A stretch of 55,227 nucleotides of DNA from Methylocystaceae bacterium (GCA_050259135.1 JBLNAA010000160.1:1-55227); one strand, 5' to 3'; positions 1-10,499 are shown, counted from the stretch's first letter. The notes: a model not told the origin generated them from the sequence alone. Made by a program: numbers and translations.

Positions 1-56
1 CGGTCGTATTGTACATCTCCTGATACCCTAATTAACACTATGTTGTCTATTACCAA

Positions 57-1199
57 CTACCGGAGAATATTGTTAGATATAACTACCCTCTGAACCTCAC
101 TGGTCCCTTCATAGATTTCAGTAATCTTGGCATCTCTCATCATGCGTTCAACCGGAAACTCACGGGTATAACCATAACCCCCAAAAATCTGAACCGCCTG
201 ACTGGCAACCCGGTTAGCCGTTTCTGATGCCTTGAGTTTTGCCATAGCTGCTGCTACTCCAAAATCTTCACCCTGGCTTTTCAGCCATGCTGCATGGTAA
301 GTCAGCATCCGGGATGCTTTTATCTCTGTTGCCATGTCAGCAAGCTTGAACTGAATAGCCTGTAATGCTGCAATCGGCTTGCCAAACTGAACCCGCTCCT
401 TGGCGTAAGCCAGAGCCGCTTCATAAGCGCCTTGGGCTAAACCAACTGACTGGGCAGCAATACCAATTCTCCCGCCATCCAGGGTACTCATTGCAATCTT
501 AAATCCATCGCCTTCTTTACCCAGCAGATTAGCTCTGGGGATACGGCAATTCTCGAAAACCAAATCACAGTTTTGGGTGCCTTTGAGCCCCATCTTCTTT
601 TCAAATTTACCAAAGGAAAAGCCCGGGGTGTCTTTTTCCACAATAAATGCCGAGAAGGCTTTACTCCGTAATTCTTTTGCTCCAGTCCGGGCAAATACCA
701 CGTAGGTATCGGCAGCCTCAGCATTGGTGATAAAAATCTTGCGTCCGTTAAGGACGTATTCATCGCCATCAAGATCTGCCTTGCAGGTCATGCCCATCGC
801 ATCACTGCCGGCATTAGACTCAGTAAGACCAAAAGCCCCCTGTTTTGTTCCCTCAGCCAACGGTACCAAATACTTTTGTTTTTGTTCCTGATTGCCATAG
901 GCATAAATCGGCCAGGCCCCCAGACTTAGATGGGAAGAAAGGGTGTCTCCACTGGAGGCATCTACCCTGGCAATTTCCTCAACCGCGATCGCATAAGCCA
1001 GGTAATCCATACCGGCTCCGCCACAATCTTCGGGAAAAGGAATGCCGGTCAGACCGAGTTCTCCCATTTTATAAAACACATTTTTGTCGTAGTATTCCTT
1101 TTCATCACGGTCAACTACTCCGGCTGCCAGTACGGTTTCAGCAAAATCCCGTACCGTACTTCTGATCATTTCATGTTCGTCGCTCAGTCTAAAATCCAC
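57..1199 (-). CDS. Acyl-CoA dehydrogenase (short-chain/butyryl-CoA type)
   Basis: 380 aa; motifs [43 protein letters not shown] and catalytic IYEGT. Confidence 0.95.
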   Translation of the reverse strand: MDFRLSDEHEMIRSTVRDFAETVLAAGVVDRDEKEYYDKNVFYKMGELGLTGIPFPEDCGGAGMDYLAYAIAVEEIARVDASSGDTLSSHLSLGAWPIYAYGNQEQKQKYLVPLAEGTKQGAFGLTESNAGSDAMGMTCKADLDGDEYVLNGRKIFITNAEAADTYVVFARTGAKELRSKAFSAFIVEKDTPGFSFGKFEKKMGLKGTQNCDLVFENCRIPRANLLGKEGDGFKIAMSTLDGGRIGIAAQSVGLAQGAYEAALAYAKERVQFGKPIAALQAIQFKLADMATEIKASRMLTYHAAWLKSQGEDFGVAAAMAKLKASETANRVASQAVQIFGGYGYTREFPVERMMRDAKITEIYEGTSEVQRVVISNNILR

Positions 1200-1248
1200 T
1201 ATTTGTCCATCTCCTTTGCCAATTCTTTATCTACTGCCACCTGACTAG

Positions 1249-1304
1249 GTCATGCTGAGTGGAGCGAGGCATCTCGAAACCGAAATCCTTCGCTCGCTCA
1301 AAAC
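1249..1304. repeat. Degenerate REP-like palindromic intergenic element
   Basis: GTCATGCTGAGTGGAGCGAGGCATCT...AATCCTTCGCTCGCTCA; imperfect inverted repeat resembling the GTCATCCTGAGC..GCGAAGGATCT / GATCCTTCGC..GCTCAGGATGAC repeat type (recalled, not searched). Confidence 0.5.
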
Positions 1305-1325
1305 AATACCGAAAGGGAGAGAGCA

Positions 1326-2036
1326 TTATAGTCCCAGATAAGCCTTCTTAACGTGCGGATTATCCAGCAAATCATGGGAGTGCCCTTCCAGTGCTACCGC
1401 TCCATTCTCCAAGACATAACCGCGTTTACTTATCTTTAAGGCTTGTTTGACATTCTGCTCTACCAACATAACCGTAGTACCGCTGGCATTAATCTGCTTA
1501 ACAATTTCAAACATAGTGCTGACCAATAAGGGGGATAAACCCAACGATGGTTCGTCAAACATCAGTACTTTGGGCATTGACATCAAGGCACGCCCGATTG
1601 CCAGCATCTGCTGTTCACCACCGCTTAAGGTGCGGCTAATTTGGCTTTTCCGTTCAGCCAGCTTGGGCAGCAAACTGAATACATAATCCAGATTAGCCGC
1701 TCTCTGTTTGCGTGTACGCGGCATTACCGAACCCACCAACAGATTTTCATGTACGGTCATTGCCGGGAAAAGCTTACGGCCCTCCGGGACCTGAATTATG
1801 CCTAATTCAGCAATCACGTGCGGGGCCAGGTTGTCTATCCTTTGGTCATCAAACCAAATCTCACCGGCGGTGGGATTTATAATCCCGGACACGGTATTAA
1901 TCAAAGTGGTTTTGCCAGCGCCATTGGCACCTACAATACTCAATATTTCCCCTTTTTCTACTTCCAGGGAGATATCTCTTAATACACTGATGTCTCCATA
2001 ACCGGCATATAGCCCTTTAATTGTTAACTGCTTCAT
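1326..2036 (-). CDS. livF: Branched-chain amino acid-type ABC transporter ATP-binding protein (LivF-like)
   Basis: Walker A GANGAGKT, LSGGEQQM, FDEPSLGL, VEQN; start set at ATG 2036 (ORF track extends to 2045). Confidence 0.9.
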   Translation of the reverse strand: MKQLTIKGLYAGYGDISVLRDISLEVEKGEILSIVGANGAGKTTLINTVSGIINPTAGEIWFDDQRIDNLAPHVIAELGIIQVPEGRKLFPAMTVHENLLVGSVMPRTRKQRAANLDYVFSLLPKLAERKSQISRTLSGGEQQMLAIGRALMSMPKVLMFDEPSLGLSPLLVSTMFEIVKQINASGTTVMLVEQNVKQALKISKRGYVLENGAVALEGHSHDLLDNPHVKKAYLGL

Positions 2037-2754
2037 ACTCATCACCTAAATATGCTTTAATCACCTCAGCGTTGGATGTAACTTCTTGAGGTGTCCCTTC
2101 AGCAATTTTTCTACCCTGATCCAGTACCACAATCCGTTCACATATAGCCATGGTTGCCTGGAGCACATGTTCAATCATCAGAATGGTGATGCCGCTGGTA
2201 TGAATTTTTTTAATAAGCTTAACTGCTTCTTCAATCTCCGTAGGGTTTAGCCCGGCTAAAACTTCATCCAATAGAAGAATTTTCGGCCCAGTAGCTAACG
2301 CTTTAGCTATCTCCAGTCTTTTGCGCTCAGCCAGGGTCAGGCTCTTGGCCAGAGTATTCTTCTTGCGGCTCATCCCCACCATTTCAAGAACATCGATCGC
2401 TATGGCTTCGGACTCTGATCTTTTAGTGGTATGAACGAATGAACCTACCATGATATTATCCAGAACCGTCATTTTGCCGAAGGGCTTTACAACCTGAAAG
2501 GTTCTGCCCACTCCCAGTTTGCAGACTTCATAAGGAGGCATACCGGTAATACTCTGCCCATTTAACACGATATTGCCTTCCGTCGGTGCGTATACCCCGG
2601 CGACCACATTAAACACTGTGGTTTTTCCGGCACCATTAGGGCCGATAACACCTATGGCTTCACCCTGGCTAACCTGAATATCAACCTTGTTTACCGCAGT
2701 CAGCCCACCAAACTTCTTGGTTAATCCCTGAATCTCCAGCAGCTTTGTCGACAT
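2017..2754 (-). CDS. livG: Branched-chain amino acid-type ABC transporter ATP-binding protein (LivG-like)
   Basis: GPNGAGKT, RTFQ, LLLDE, IEH, C-terminal VIKAYLG. Confidence 0.9.
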   Translation of the reverse strand: MSTKLLEIQGLTKKFGGLTAVNKVDIQVSQGEAIGVIGPNGAGKTTVFNVVAGVYAPTEGNIVLNGQSITGMPPYEVCKLGVGRTFQVVKPFGKMTVLDNIMVGSFVHTTKRSESEAIAIDVLEMVGMSRKKNTLAKSLTLAERKRLEIAKALATGPKILLLDEVLAGLNPTEIEEAVKLIKKIHTSGITILMIEHVLQATMAICERIVVLDQGRKIAEGTPQEVTSNAEVIKAYLGDEYEAVNN

Positions 2755-2758
2755 CAGG

Positions 2759-3760
2759 TTACACCTCCTCTTGTTCGGGAGTTCGCTTAAACCAACGGGT
2801 ATACCATTTTTCCAGAACTTCTATGATACCCCGGGGTCTATACATGATTATCAAGACTACAACCAATCCGTAAATCAGCAGGTGCAGACCCATTATCTTA
2901 TCACCCAGGAAGAAGCGAACCACTTCGCTGATTAAGGATAATGATATACCGCCGACTACCGGTCCCAGTACACTGCCGGAGCCACCTACGATGGTTAAAA
3001 ATACCATCTGATTCGACATTTCGGCGCCGGCAATCGCGGTCGGCAGTAGATAACGGATCAGCATGGCATAAAAGGCTCCGCCCAGAGCGGTGGCAAAGGC
3101 ACTGAGAGCGATAGACTTTAATTTAATGGTCCTGACATTGATACCCAGAGCCCGGGCCGCATCTTCATCCTCACGCACCGCAACCATGTAATACCCTAAT
3201 TTGGATCTCATCAGTTGTCTGGAAAACAGGACCACCAGGATAAGCATTACTAATGCTATATAGTAATAGGGAACTTTGGACATGAATTGAAAGTTTAAGA
3301 AAGAACTGCCCGCCATATTGACACTGAGACCTTCTGCGCCCCCGATTAAGATGTTCCCTATTTTTTCCGTATTCTCAATTAATACAACCAGGCCTGCCGA
3401 TAAAGCCACGGTGGAAAGGGCAAAATAGGCTCCGCGTAATTTAAATGTAGGCAATCCAATGAGGACTGCTATTCCCGTAGCCACTATACCGGCCAATATC
3501 ATTCCGATCCAGGGAGAGATATGAAAATTATTAAAGAGTATAACTGTGCCATAGGCACCTATCGCTGTATAAATACCATGACCTAACGAAAGCTGGCCTA
3601 CAAAACCCCCGACTATATTCCAGGATGCAGCCATGTAAGCCCAGAACAGGCATATGGTAAGCACATGAAGATAATAGGGTTTATGCACTGCCAGCGGTAT
3701 TAAAAAGGCAATCGCCAGAACAGCTATCAATAATACTGTGCCGTTATTAACTTTCTTCAT
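2759..3760 (-). CDS. livM: ABC transporter permease (LivM-like)
   Basis: Hydrophobic 333 aa; GQLSLGHG, LRGAYFALST, AVREDEDAARALG, VGGSGSVLGP. Confidence 0.9.
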   Translation of the reverse strand: MKKVNNGTVLLIAVLAIAFLIPLAVHKPYYLHVLTICLFWAYMAASWNIVGGFVGQLSLGHGIYTAIGAYGTVILFNNFHISPWIGMILAGIVATGIAVLIGLPTFKLRGAYFALSTVALSAGLVVLIENTEKIGNILIGGAEGLSVNMAGSSFLNFQFMSKVPYYYIALVMLILVVLFSRQLMRSKLGYYMVAVREDEDAARALGINVRTIKLKSIALSAFATALGGAFYAMLIRYLLPTAIAGAEMSNQMVFLTIVGGSGSVLGPVVGGISLSLISEVVRFFLGDKIMGLHLLIYGLVVVLIIMYRPRGIIEVLEKWYTRWFKRTPEQEEV

Positions 3761-3770
3761 TGTTTCTCAC

Positions 3771-4652
3771 CTACCATTCGTCTGCTGAGCCGAATAATCC
3801 TGAGGGTTTGACGAAAAGGATTATCAGGAATACCAGATATATGCACATCAGGGTCAAGGTTGCGGTCATGAATTGGGCTCCCAGCGATTCAATAAGGCCG
3901 ATAATGATACCGCCGACAATCGCACCCGGTATACTGCCCAACCCGCCCAGAACAACTACGATAAACGCCTTGGTCATAAAGACCTGCCCTACCGTAGGAT
4001 GAACATAGTAAAAAGGAAGCAGCGCTAACCCGGCTACCGCTAACAGGGCGGTTCCGATACCAAAAGCCAGAGCAAAATAATGGGGTACATTGATCCCCAT
4101 CAGTGATGCGGTATTACGGTCCTGTCCGATTGCCCGCAGCGAGCGTCCAAGTTCGGTATACTGCATGATCATATAGAATATACCCGCCACCACCAGGGTT
4201 ATCAGCAACGCATAGAAACGTGATGCGCTGACGGTTACACCGGCCAGGCTAATTGTCACTGAGGAAAAGGTGGTTTCCGCCATCTTGTAGTCAGCACCAA
4301 AGATCATCAGAGACAGGTTCTCTAAAACTACTGCAAAAGCTGCTGTCAAGAGCAGTATACTGGTCGGTTCGCGAACATCTTTTTCGTTATCCAGCACCGG
4401 CTTGATCATCACCCGCTGGACTGCATAACCCACAATGAACATTACCGGTCCCACCGCGAGAATCAATAAATATGGGTTAATATGGGTGAAAGACCAAAAC
4501 CAATATCCGACCAGCATGGAGAGCATCAGTAAAGCACCATGACCAAAGTTGATAATTTTCATGGTTCCAAATAGAAGGGTCAAGCCCAGAGCAATAAGAC
4601 CATAAACGCCTCCCATACTGATGCCGTTTGCTACTGCGGAGAGTAAATCCAA
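3771..4652 (-). CDS. livH: ABC transporter permease (LivH-like)
   Basis: YGLIALGLTLLFG, INFGHG, GRSLRA, VVVLGGLGSIPGA. Confidence 0.9.
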   Translation of the reverse strand: MDLLSAVANGISMGGVYGLIALGLTLLFGTMKIINFGHGALLMLSMLVGYWFWSFTHINPYLLILAVGPVMFIVGYAVQRVMIKPVLDNEKDVREPTSILLLTAAFAVVLENLSLMIFGADYKMAETTFSSVTISLAGVTVSASRFYALLITLVVAGIFYMIMQYTELGRSLRAIGQDRNTASLMGINVPHYFALAFGIGTALLAVAGLALLPFYYVHPTVGQVFMTKAFIVVVLGGLGSIPGAIVGGIIIGLIESLGAQFMTATLTLMCIYLVFLIILFVKPSGLFGSADEW

Positions 4653-4677
4653 TTTGTTACACCCCTTTTATCAATTC

Positions 4678-4712
4678 CCGGGGGCCATCCGCTGATAGCG
4701 GATGAACCCCGG
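4678..4712 (-). other. Intra-operon stem-loop downstream of the binding-protein gene (probable mRNA stabiliser)
   Basis: CCGGGG-gc-CATCCGCT-gat-AGCGGATG-aa-CCCCGG inverted repeat with no U-tract. Confidence 0.55.
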
Positions 4713-4727
4713 TACTGACATTTAGTA

Positions 4728-5990
4728 CTATTTACCGAAGCCGGGGAACGGCCATACCGGCTTAAAGCCAGGACGGGCTTCTTTTTCCGGCCATACGGTA
4801 ACCCGCTGCATTTTGCCGTCAACCTTCTGGAACTGGCTGATAATCAGCGGTTCATTGATCTGTTGTCCGGTTTGATCGAATTTAATCGGAGTTGCATACA
4901 TCTGGGTCACACCGTCACTAAGGTCCGTCGCGGCCAGAGCAGCACGCAGTTTGTCAGGTTCAGTGGAACCGGCTCTTTCCAGAGCGTCTTTGATAATGTA
5001 CATGGCGGTGTAAGCTTTAACTGCTTCAGCATTCATGCCATAGCCATATTTCTTGGTAAACTTCTCGTTAGTCTCTTTGGACATTGGACGGTTGACATCC
5101 GGTTCCCAGGTGGAGATGTCATAGAAGTTTAAGCAATTGTCACCGGTCAGCTCAAAGTACTTGGGATCCGCAAATCCGCCGCTGGTGCCGATGAAAGCCT
5201 TGGGCTGCACTTTGTGCTCGGCAAAGGTATTGGTTAAAAGGGCGGCATCAGATACATAGGAAACCATCATAATAATATCCGGGTTGGCCTTCTTGGCTTT
5301 CAGGACTACCGGGGTTAAGTCAGAAGAGTTCGAAGGATACGGCTCTTTCATTACGATCTGCAGACCGGCTTCAGGCAGATATTTCTCCCAGCCGCGGGCA
5401 GCGCCCTGACCCCAGGCCGTGTTTTCATAGATAAGGCCCACGGTTTTTACCGGGGTGTTATTCTTTTGAGCCATATCAACTATGAATTTAACCTGGTCAC
5501 GATTTCTCCAGGTGGTCTTTTCAGCCAGACGGAATACGTTTTTAAATCCGCGCTCAGTGATGGTGTCTTCGGATGGTACATCTACAAAGTAGGGAATTCC
5601 ATATCTTTCGGCAACTTCGGTCGAAGGAACCGCTACACCGCTCTGATAGCAGCCGGTTAACATCTTAACTTCTTCCTGGGTGATCAAACGCTCGGCTTCG
5701 GAGACACCGGTTGCCGGGTCACCCTTACTATCGGCATAAATCATCTTGATGGTGGCACCGCCCATAGCCTTGATACCGCCACCGGCATTAATCTCTTCAA
5801 TAGCCATGTCGCGCGCCTGCTGCCCAATCTTGCCCAGAGGAGCAGCCGACCCGGATAACGGCAGTATGGTACCGATCTTAATTTCTTCTGTTTTTTTATC
5901 ACCAGAACTACTCTTGCTTCCCCCACATCCCACTACAAAGGAAGCTACCAGGGCAAGGACCAGCAACAATACCAGGCTTTTTCTTTTCAC
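4728..5990 (-). CDS. ABC substrate-binding lipoprotein (LivK/Peripla_BP_6 family)
   Basis: Lipobox FVVGC, IKIGTILPLSG, AIEEINAGGGI; GTG 5990 follows AAGGAGG (ATG 6014 also has an SD; ORF-track start 6095 is probably too long). Confidence 0.9.
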   Translation of the reverse strand: MKRKSLVLLLVLALVASFVVGCGGSKSSSGDKKTEEIKIGTILPLSGSAAPLGKIGQQARDMAIEEINAGGGIKAMGGATIKMIYADSKGDPATGVSEAERLITQEEVKMLTGCYQSGVAVPSTEVAERYGIPYFVDVPSEDTITERGFKNVFRLAEKTTWRNRDQVKFIVDMAQKNNTPVKTVGLIYENTAWGQGAARGWEKYLPEAGLQIVMKEPYPSNSSDLTPVVLKAKKANPDIIMMVSYVSDAALLTNTFAEHKVQPKAFIGTSGGFADPKYFELTGDNCLNFYDISTWEPDVNRPMSKETNEKFTKKYGYGMNAEAVKAYTAMYIIKDALERAGSTEPDKLRAALAATDLSDGVTQMYATPIKFDQTGQQINEPLIISQFQKVDGKMQRVTVWPEKEARPGFKPVWPFPGFGK

Positions 5991-6116
5991 AAACGCGACC
6001 TCCTTAAATTCCATTTTGTCTCCTTTGAAAAATAACGGCCTCAAGTTACTAGCTAAATACCACCTTCCCCCCAATATTGTCATGCCTGCCGGCACCAGAT
6101 TACTAAATACAGCAGC

Positions 6117-7412
6117 CTAGACATAATATAGTGATCTGGCTTGATCCCGGATCTCCTGGCGAAAATCCGGATGAGCTATACTAATGAGTGCTTCCATACG
6201 CGCTTTTACGGTCATCCCTTTAAGGTGGGCGATTCCATATTCGGTAACTACATATTCAACATCATGGCGCGAGGTAGTTATTGCGGTACCCGGTTTTAAC
6301 CCGGCTACAATACGGCTGACCTTACCGTGGGCAGCAGTCGAGGGCATGGCAATAATTGACTTCCCCCCCCGCGAGCGAGCAGCACCGCGGATAAAGTCGA
6401 CCTGCCCCCCAACTCCGCTGAACTGCCGGGGGCCAAGGGTATCAGCTGCTACCTGCCCCAGTACATCCACTTCTAAGGCAGAATTTATTGATATCATGTT
6501 GTCATGGCGCATGATTACATAGGGATCGTTGGCATATTCTTCGGGGTGCATTTCAATGATGGGATTTTCGTGGACCCATTTATATAGCTTGGGAGTGCCC
6601 ATTACGAAGGTGGCAACTATTTTATCCGGGTGGATCGTCTTACGTTTGCAGTTAATAACCCCATTCTCAACCAGAGGAATAACCCCGTCGGAAAACATCT
6701 CCGTATGAATACCAAGGTCAACCTTGTCTTCCAAAAAGGTCAGTACCGCATCTGGTATGCCGCCTATCCCCATTTGCATGGTAGCGCCGTTAGGGATAAG
6801 CGATGCCACGAATCGGCCAATTTGCTTTTCTGTTTCACCAATCGGCAAGGGGTCATTAGTTATAAGGGGGCGGTCACTAGGGATAAAATAATCTATTTCA
6901 TCAACTTTGATAAATGACCTCCCATAGGTTCGAGGCATATTAGGATTAACTTCTGCCAGGACCAGGTTTGCTGCCTTTACCGCCGCCAGAGTATAATCTA
7001 CATTAATACCCAGACTTACATATCCATGGGCATCAGGAGGGCTTACCGTAACCAGAGCAACATCAACCGGTAATACCCGATTGGTAAACAAGCCAGGGGT
7101 TTCTGAAATAAAGGCAGGAGTAAAGTCCGCGCGATCTTCATAGAAGGCCTGGCGGGTATTGGGTCCCAGGAAGAATCCATTATGGCGAAAAGATTTTTCC
7201 ATTCCTGGCTGAACATAGAGAGCTTTCCCCTTGGCCACCCGATGTACAATCTCAACATTTCTCAGAGCATCAGCTCTGGCAACCATAGCCTCGACTAACG
7301 CCTGGGGCTCGCTGCAAGCATGACCTAATATTACTCGATTACCCGACTTAATACATTTCACCGCTTCTTCTGCGGATACGATTCTATGCGTATAATACTC
7401 GTACCATCCCAC
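6117..7412 (-). CDS. Acetyl-CoA hydrolase/transferase family (4-hydroxybutyrate CoA-transferase-like)
   Basis: QMGIGGIP, catalytic GIHTEMF, SINSALEVD, SGVGGQVDF, VVTEYGIA. Confidence 0.92.
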   Translation of the reverse strand: MGWYEYYTHRIVSAEEAVKCIKSGNRVILGHACSEPQALVEAMVARADALRNVEIVHRVAKGKALYVQPGMEKSFRHNGFFLGPNTRQAFYEDRADFTPAFISETPGLFTNRVLPVDVALVTVSPPDAHGYVSLGINVDYTLAAVKAANLVLAEVNPNMPRTYGRSFIKVDEIDYFIPSDRPLITNDPLPIGETEKQIGRFVASLIPNGATMQMGIGGIPDAVLTFLEDKVDLGIHTEMFSDGVIPLVENGVINCKRKTIHPDKIVATFVMGTPKLYKWVHENPIIEMHPEEYANDPYVIMRHDNMISINSALEVDVLGQVAADTLGPRQFSGVGGQVDFIRGAARSRGGKSIIAMPSTAAHGKVSRIVAGLKPGTAITTSRHDVEYVVTEYGIAHLKGMTVKARMEALISIAHPDFRQEIRDQARSLYYV

Positions 7413-7488
7413 AGCCAGCCAACACCCTTTCCCAAATTAATTTTTCTGTCAGTGATGGTTCAATTAATTGCTGTTACGTTGAATATGT

Positions 7489-7504
7489 TGCACCTTTTAT
7501 GCCA
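7489..7504 (-). promoter_or_regulatory. Sigma54 (-24/-12) promoter of the CoA-transferase/ABC/acyl-CoA dehydrogenase operon
   Basis: Minus strand TGGCATAAAAGGTGCA = GG-N10-GC, 77 bp upstream of the start codon and next to a sigma54 activator gene. Confidence 0.75.
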
Positions 7505-7579
7505 GTGCGCAGGGAAGAGGGTTAATGCCCGAAATCATGGTATTTCACTATTTATTAATGCCCTTGCCATGGTGAAAAG

Positions 7580-7688
7580 TGATGCACTTTCGGTTCAATT
7601 AGGTGAATGGTGGGAAACGCCGCGGGGCAAAATCATGGCTAATTTATTCAGTGAAACGTAAATGCATCACCGAACCTGTTTCGGTTCG
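7580..7688. promoter_or_regulatory. Candidate enhancer (UAS) sites for the adjacent sigma54 activator
   Basis: Three related 18-bp imperfect palindromes: TGATGCA-CTTT-CGGTTCA (7580-7597), TGAAACG-TAAA-TGCATCA (7652-7669), CGAACCT-GTTT-CGGTTCG (7671-7688). Confidence 0.5.
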
Positions 7689-7700
7689 GTGATGCATTTA
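7659..7700 (-). terminator. Perfect 18-bp inverted repeat just downstream of the activator gene (terminator and/or operator)
   Basis: TAAATGCATCACCGAACC-tgtttc-GGTTCGGTGATGCATTTA. Confidence 0.6.
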
Positions 7701-7721
7701 AATTTAAAATATTTTAAAAAT

Positions 7722-9446
7722 TTAATGGATAAAACTAAGGCCATAACGTGCTGCTTTTCTAACCACCGTGGTTTGACTTACATTTAGTGCACTGGCAACT
7801 TTACGAGAGCACCCATATTTTTTAATATAGCTTCTTAATATGTCACTTTCGAAATTCTCCACGGCGGTTCGAAAATCGATTTCTTCGGGATGGGTAGCTT
7901 CAGCTCCTGGTGCTTCTCCCGATTGATTATTAAGCTGATAGATCATATCCCCGGGTGCAGTAACCATTGCATTCTCTATCACATTCTTTAACTCCCGAAT
8001 ATTTCCGGGCCAGTCGAGCAGCATCAACTGGTTCATCAAAGAAGGCGATATCCTTTTTCTCAGGCCATATTTTTCATTAATTTGATTGACAAAATACTCA
8101 ACTAATACCGGAATCTCCTCCTTGCGTTCACGCAAAGGAGGGATTCTAAGCGGTACTACATTCAGTCGATAGAGCAAATCCTCGCGGAAGCCCTTATTAC
8201 GGCTCATGTCCCATAAATCCTTGTTAGTAGCTGTGATAATGCGGACATCAATCTTTATCGGCGTGGTTCCGCCAACACGGACGATCTCATTTTCCTGCAG
8301 CACCCTGAGCAGCTTTCCTTGCAAGTTGAATGACAAGTCACCGATCTCATCCAGAAACAGAGTCCCCCCGGAAGCTAATTCGAAAATGCCCCGCTTGCCT
8401 TTACGATTGGCCCCGGTGAAAGCCCCGGGCTCGTAGCCAAACAGTTCGGACTCAAGCAGGTTATCGGGGATAGCAGCACAATTAATTCTTATATAAGGCT
8501 TATCTTTACGACCGCTTTGATTGTGCAGTTCCTGGGCAATAATTTCCTTACCCACTCCTGATTCACCCAGAATCAATACGGTAGAATCAACACTGCCCAG
8601 ATGAGCTACCAAACTCATTATATTTTTCATCTTTTCGGAAGCAATAACCATTTGTCCTGAAGTCTCGCCCTGGATCTTTTTTAATTCCCGCTGATAGTGC
8701 TGAGTTAATTCCATAGCATGATCCACTTCTTGCTTTAAGCGGTCTAATTCTGTTATATCGCGGCCATTGGTAAGTATTTGGACTAATTCACCATTACTAT
8801 CAAATATCGGGTTGCCAGTAACCAGAATACATTTCCCGTCTCTGGTTCTTTGAGTAAAAGTCATCGACTTTTTGGTCTTGATCACTTCCAAAGTTGCTGA
8901 ACGGTCATAGAACCCTTCGCTGACCAATTCTGACATGGGCCGGCCTACAATTTCTTCGGACTTAATACCAGTCATTCGAGTGTATGCTTGATTGAGCCGC
9001 AGCACAATTCCTTTGGCATCACAGACAAAGTAACTGTCAAAGGAGGCTTCGATAGTCGCTTCTAATTCAGCTACCCAGTGGTAAAACTGCTCGGTAAGCT
9101 TAAGCTTGTTGACCACTCCTAAAAACTCCCGGCCATTATAAACCAGTCCGTAATTTTTGGAGCTATGGATAAACTCATCTACGGCCTCCCCGACATGAGC
9201 TACAAATAATTTCTTATCCATAACTTCGTCAATAATGAAATCCTTGGTCAACCCACGTTTCAATGCTTTCAGCAATATCCCCTGGTCCACTAAACCAATA
9301 ATTTCTCCGACTTCATCTTCTACCAATACACACTGGGCATCATTATCGCACAAGAATTCAAACACTGATGTCAACATGGACCCAGTTTGCACCATTACGA
9401 AGCCAGTTAAATTAACATCCAAGAACCTGATCGTTGCCGTTTGCAT
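7722..9446 (-). CDS. Sigma54-dependent activator (CBS-like + PAS + AAA + HTH)
   Basis: GESGVGKE, INCAAIP, ESELFGY, GAFTGA, LFLDEI, FREDLLYRL, WPGNIREL; ATG 9446 follows GGAGG. Confidence 0.93.
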   Translation of the reverse strand: MQTATIRFLDVNLTGFVMVQTGSMLTSVFEFLCDNDAQCVLVEDEVGEIIGLVDQGILLKALKRGLTKDFIIDEVMDKKLFVAHVGEAVDEFIHSSKNYGLVYNGREFLGVVNKLKLTEQFYHWVAELEATIEASFDSYFVCDAKGIVLRLNQAYTRMTGIKSEEIVGRPMSELVSEGFYDRSATLEVIKTKKSMTFTQRTRDGKCILVTGNPIFDSNGELVQILTNGRDITELDRLKQEVDHAMELTQHYQRELKKIQGETSGQMVIASEKMKNIMSLVAHLGSVDSTVLILGESGVGKEIIAQELHNQSGRKDKPYIRINCAAIPDNLLESELFGYEPGAFTGANRKGKRGIFELASGGTLFLDEIGDLSFNLQGKLLRVLQENEIVRVGGTTPIKIDVRIITATNKDLWDMSRNKGFREDLLYRLNVVPLRIPPLRERKEEIPVLVEYFVNQINEKYGLRKRISPSLMNQLMLLDWPGNIRELKNVIENAMVTAPGDMIYQLNNQSGEAPGAEATHPEEIDFRTAVENFESDILRSYIKKYGCSRKVASALNVSQTTVVRKAARYGLSFIH

Positions 9447-9897
9447 AAGGCATCCTCCAATCATATTCCTGCATTTAGAATTTTGTCTTACAGATTAAAG
9501 TAGTGGCTGTATTAGTGGGTAAAGCGGGATTAAATCTAACTATGACAAGTCAATAACGCGGTATGAAAAACGGCCTTAGTATCCAAATTCAAGCGTGCTG
9601 TTATTTAAATTAAACCTCAATATGAACTTGTTTATACATTCGTCAAATTCTGCAAATTTGTCTTTATTCCTGCTGAGCATAATCTGGATATTTTTTACCC
9701 TATAGACGAATCGCATTTGGTTTGTTATTTATCTGTAATTGCCGGGAATCACATTAATTATTGTTTGCTTGCCTGAGTTCAATCAAATCAGACAATTCAC
9801 CATTGGCTAATTTTTGATTTCCAAAATCAATTTCTTTAAGTTTACAATTAAACCATAGTTATGCAATTTTATACATTTTGTTGGGGAGGTATGAGAC

Positions 9898-10431
9898 GTG
9901 AGTAGTAAAGTACAGTACACCAAAAGCCATGATTAAAAAATTTTGCACTCCAGGTCTCCGATCAAATGGTTTATGAAGAAATCTGTATTTACGAAATGTT
10001 GGAAAGGTCTGCCCATGATCTTCCCAACCATACCGCAGTAATATGCCAGGACTATCAGGTCAGCTATCAGGAATTAATCGAAATGGTTTATCGGTTCGCC
10101 ACCTGTCTTAAGGGTTTGGGGGTGGAAACCGGCGACCGGGTGGCGGTAGTTCTCCTCAACTGTATTCAAGCAGTGGTTTCATATTATGCCATTCTGGAAC
10201 TTGGTGCCATCGCGGTTATGAACAATCCGGTTTACTCGGACAGTGAACTGCAGTACCAGTTTACTGACTCCGGTTCCAAGGTACTGATTTGTCTGGATGC
10301 CCTGCTGGAACGTATGGAATTCTGCAGGGACCAGTTGGCCAAAGAAATGGCCTACGGTAATTGAACTCAAGGATGCCCTGCCGGAAAGCAAGGTCGGCAA
10401 GCCGCTGAAGAAAGTATTGAAGGATGACTGA
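9898..10431 (+). pseudogene. Long-chain fatty acid-CoA ligase remnant (frameshifts, nonsense codon, large internal deletion)
   Basis: GGAGG + GTG 9898; KP*LKNF (usual KPWL); N-terminal GDRVAVVLLN...GAIAVMNNPVY joined directly to C-terminal FCRDQLAK, then shifted frame KWPTVIELKDALPESKVGKPLKK. Confidence 0.85.
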
Positions 10432-10499
10432 TCACCTAAAGGATCAACGGGCAGCTGCCAGCCGAATTACTTTTCAGCATAAATGTTTTACTGCTTGAT

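Noticed and set aside
9966-10364. 132-aa ORF as a functional AMP-binding protein
   Set aside because: It is the middle fragment of the ligase pseudogene and lacks the AMP-binding motif
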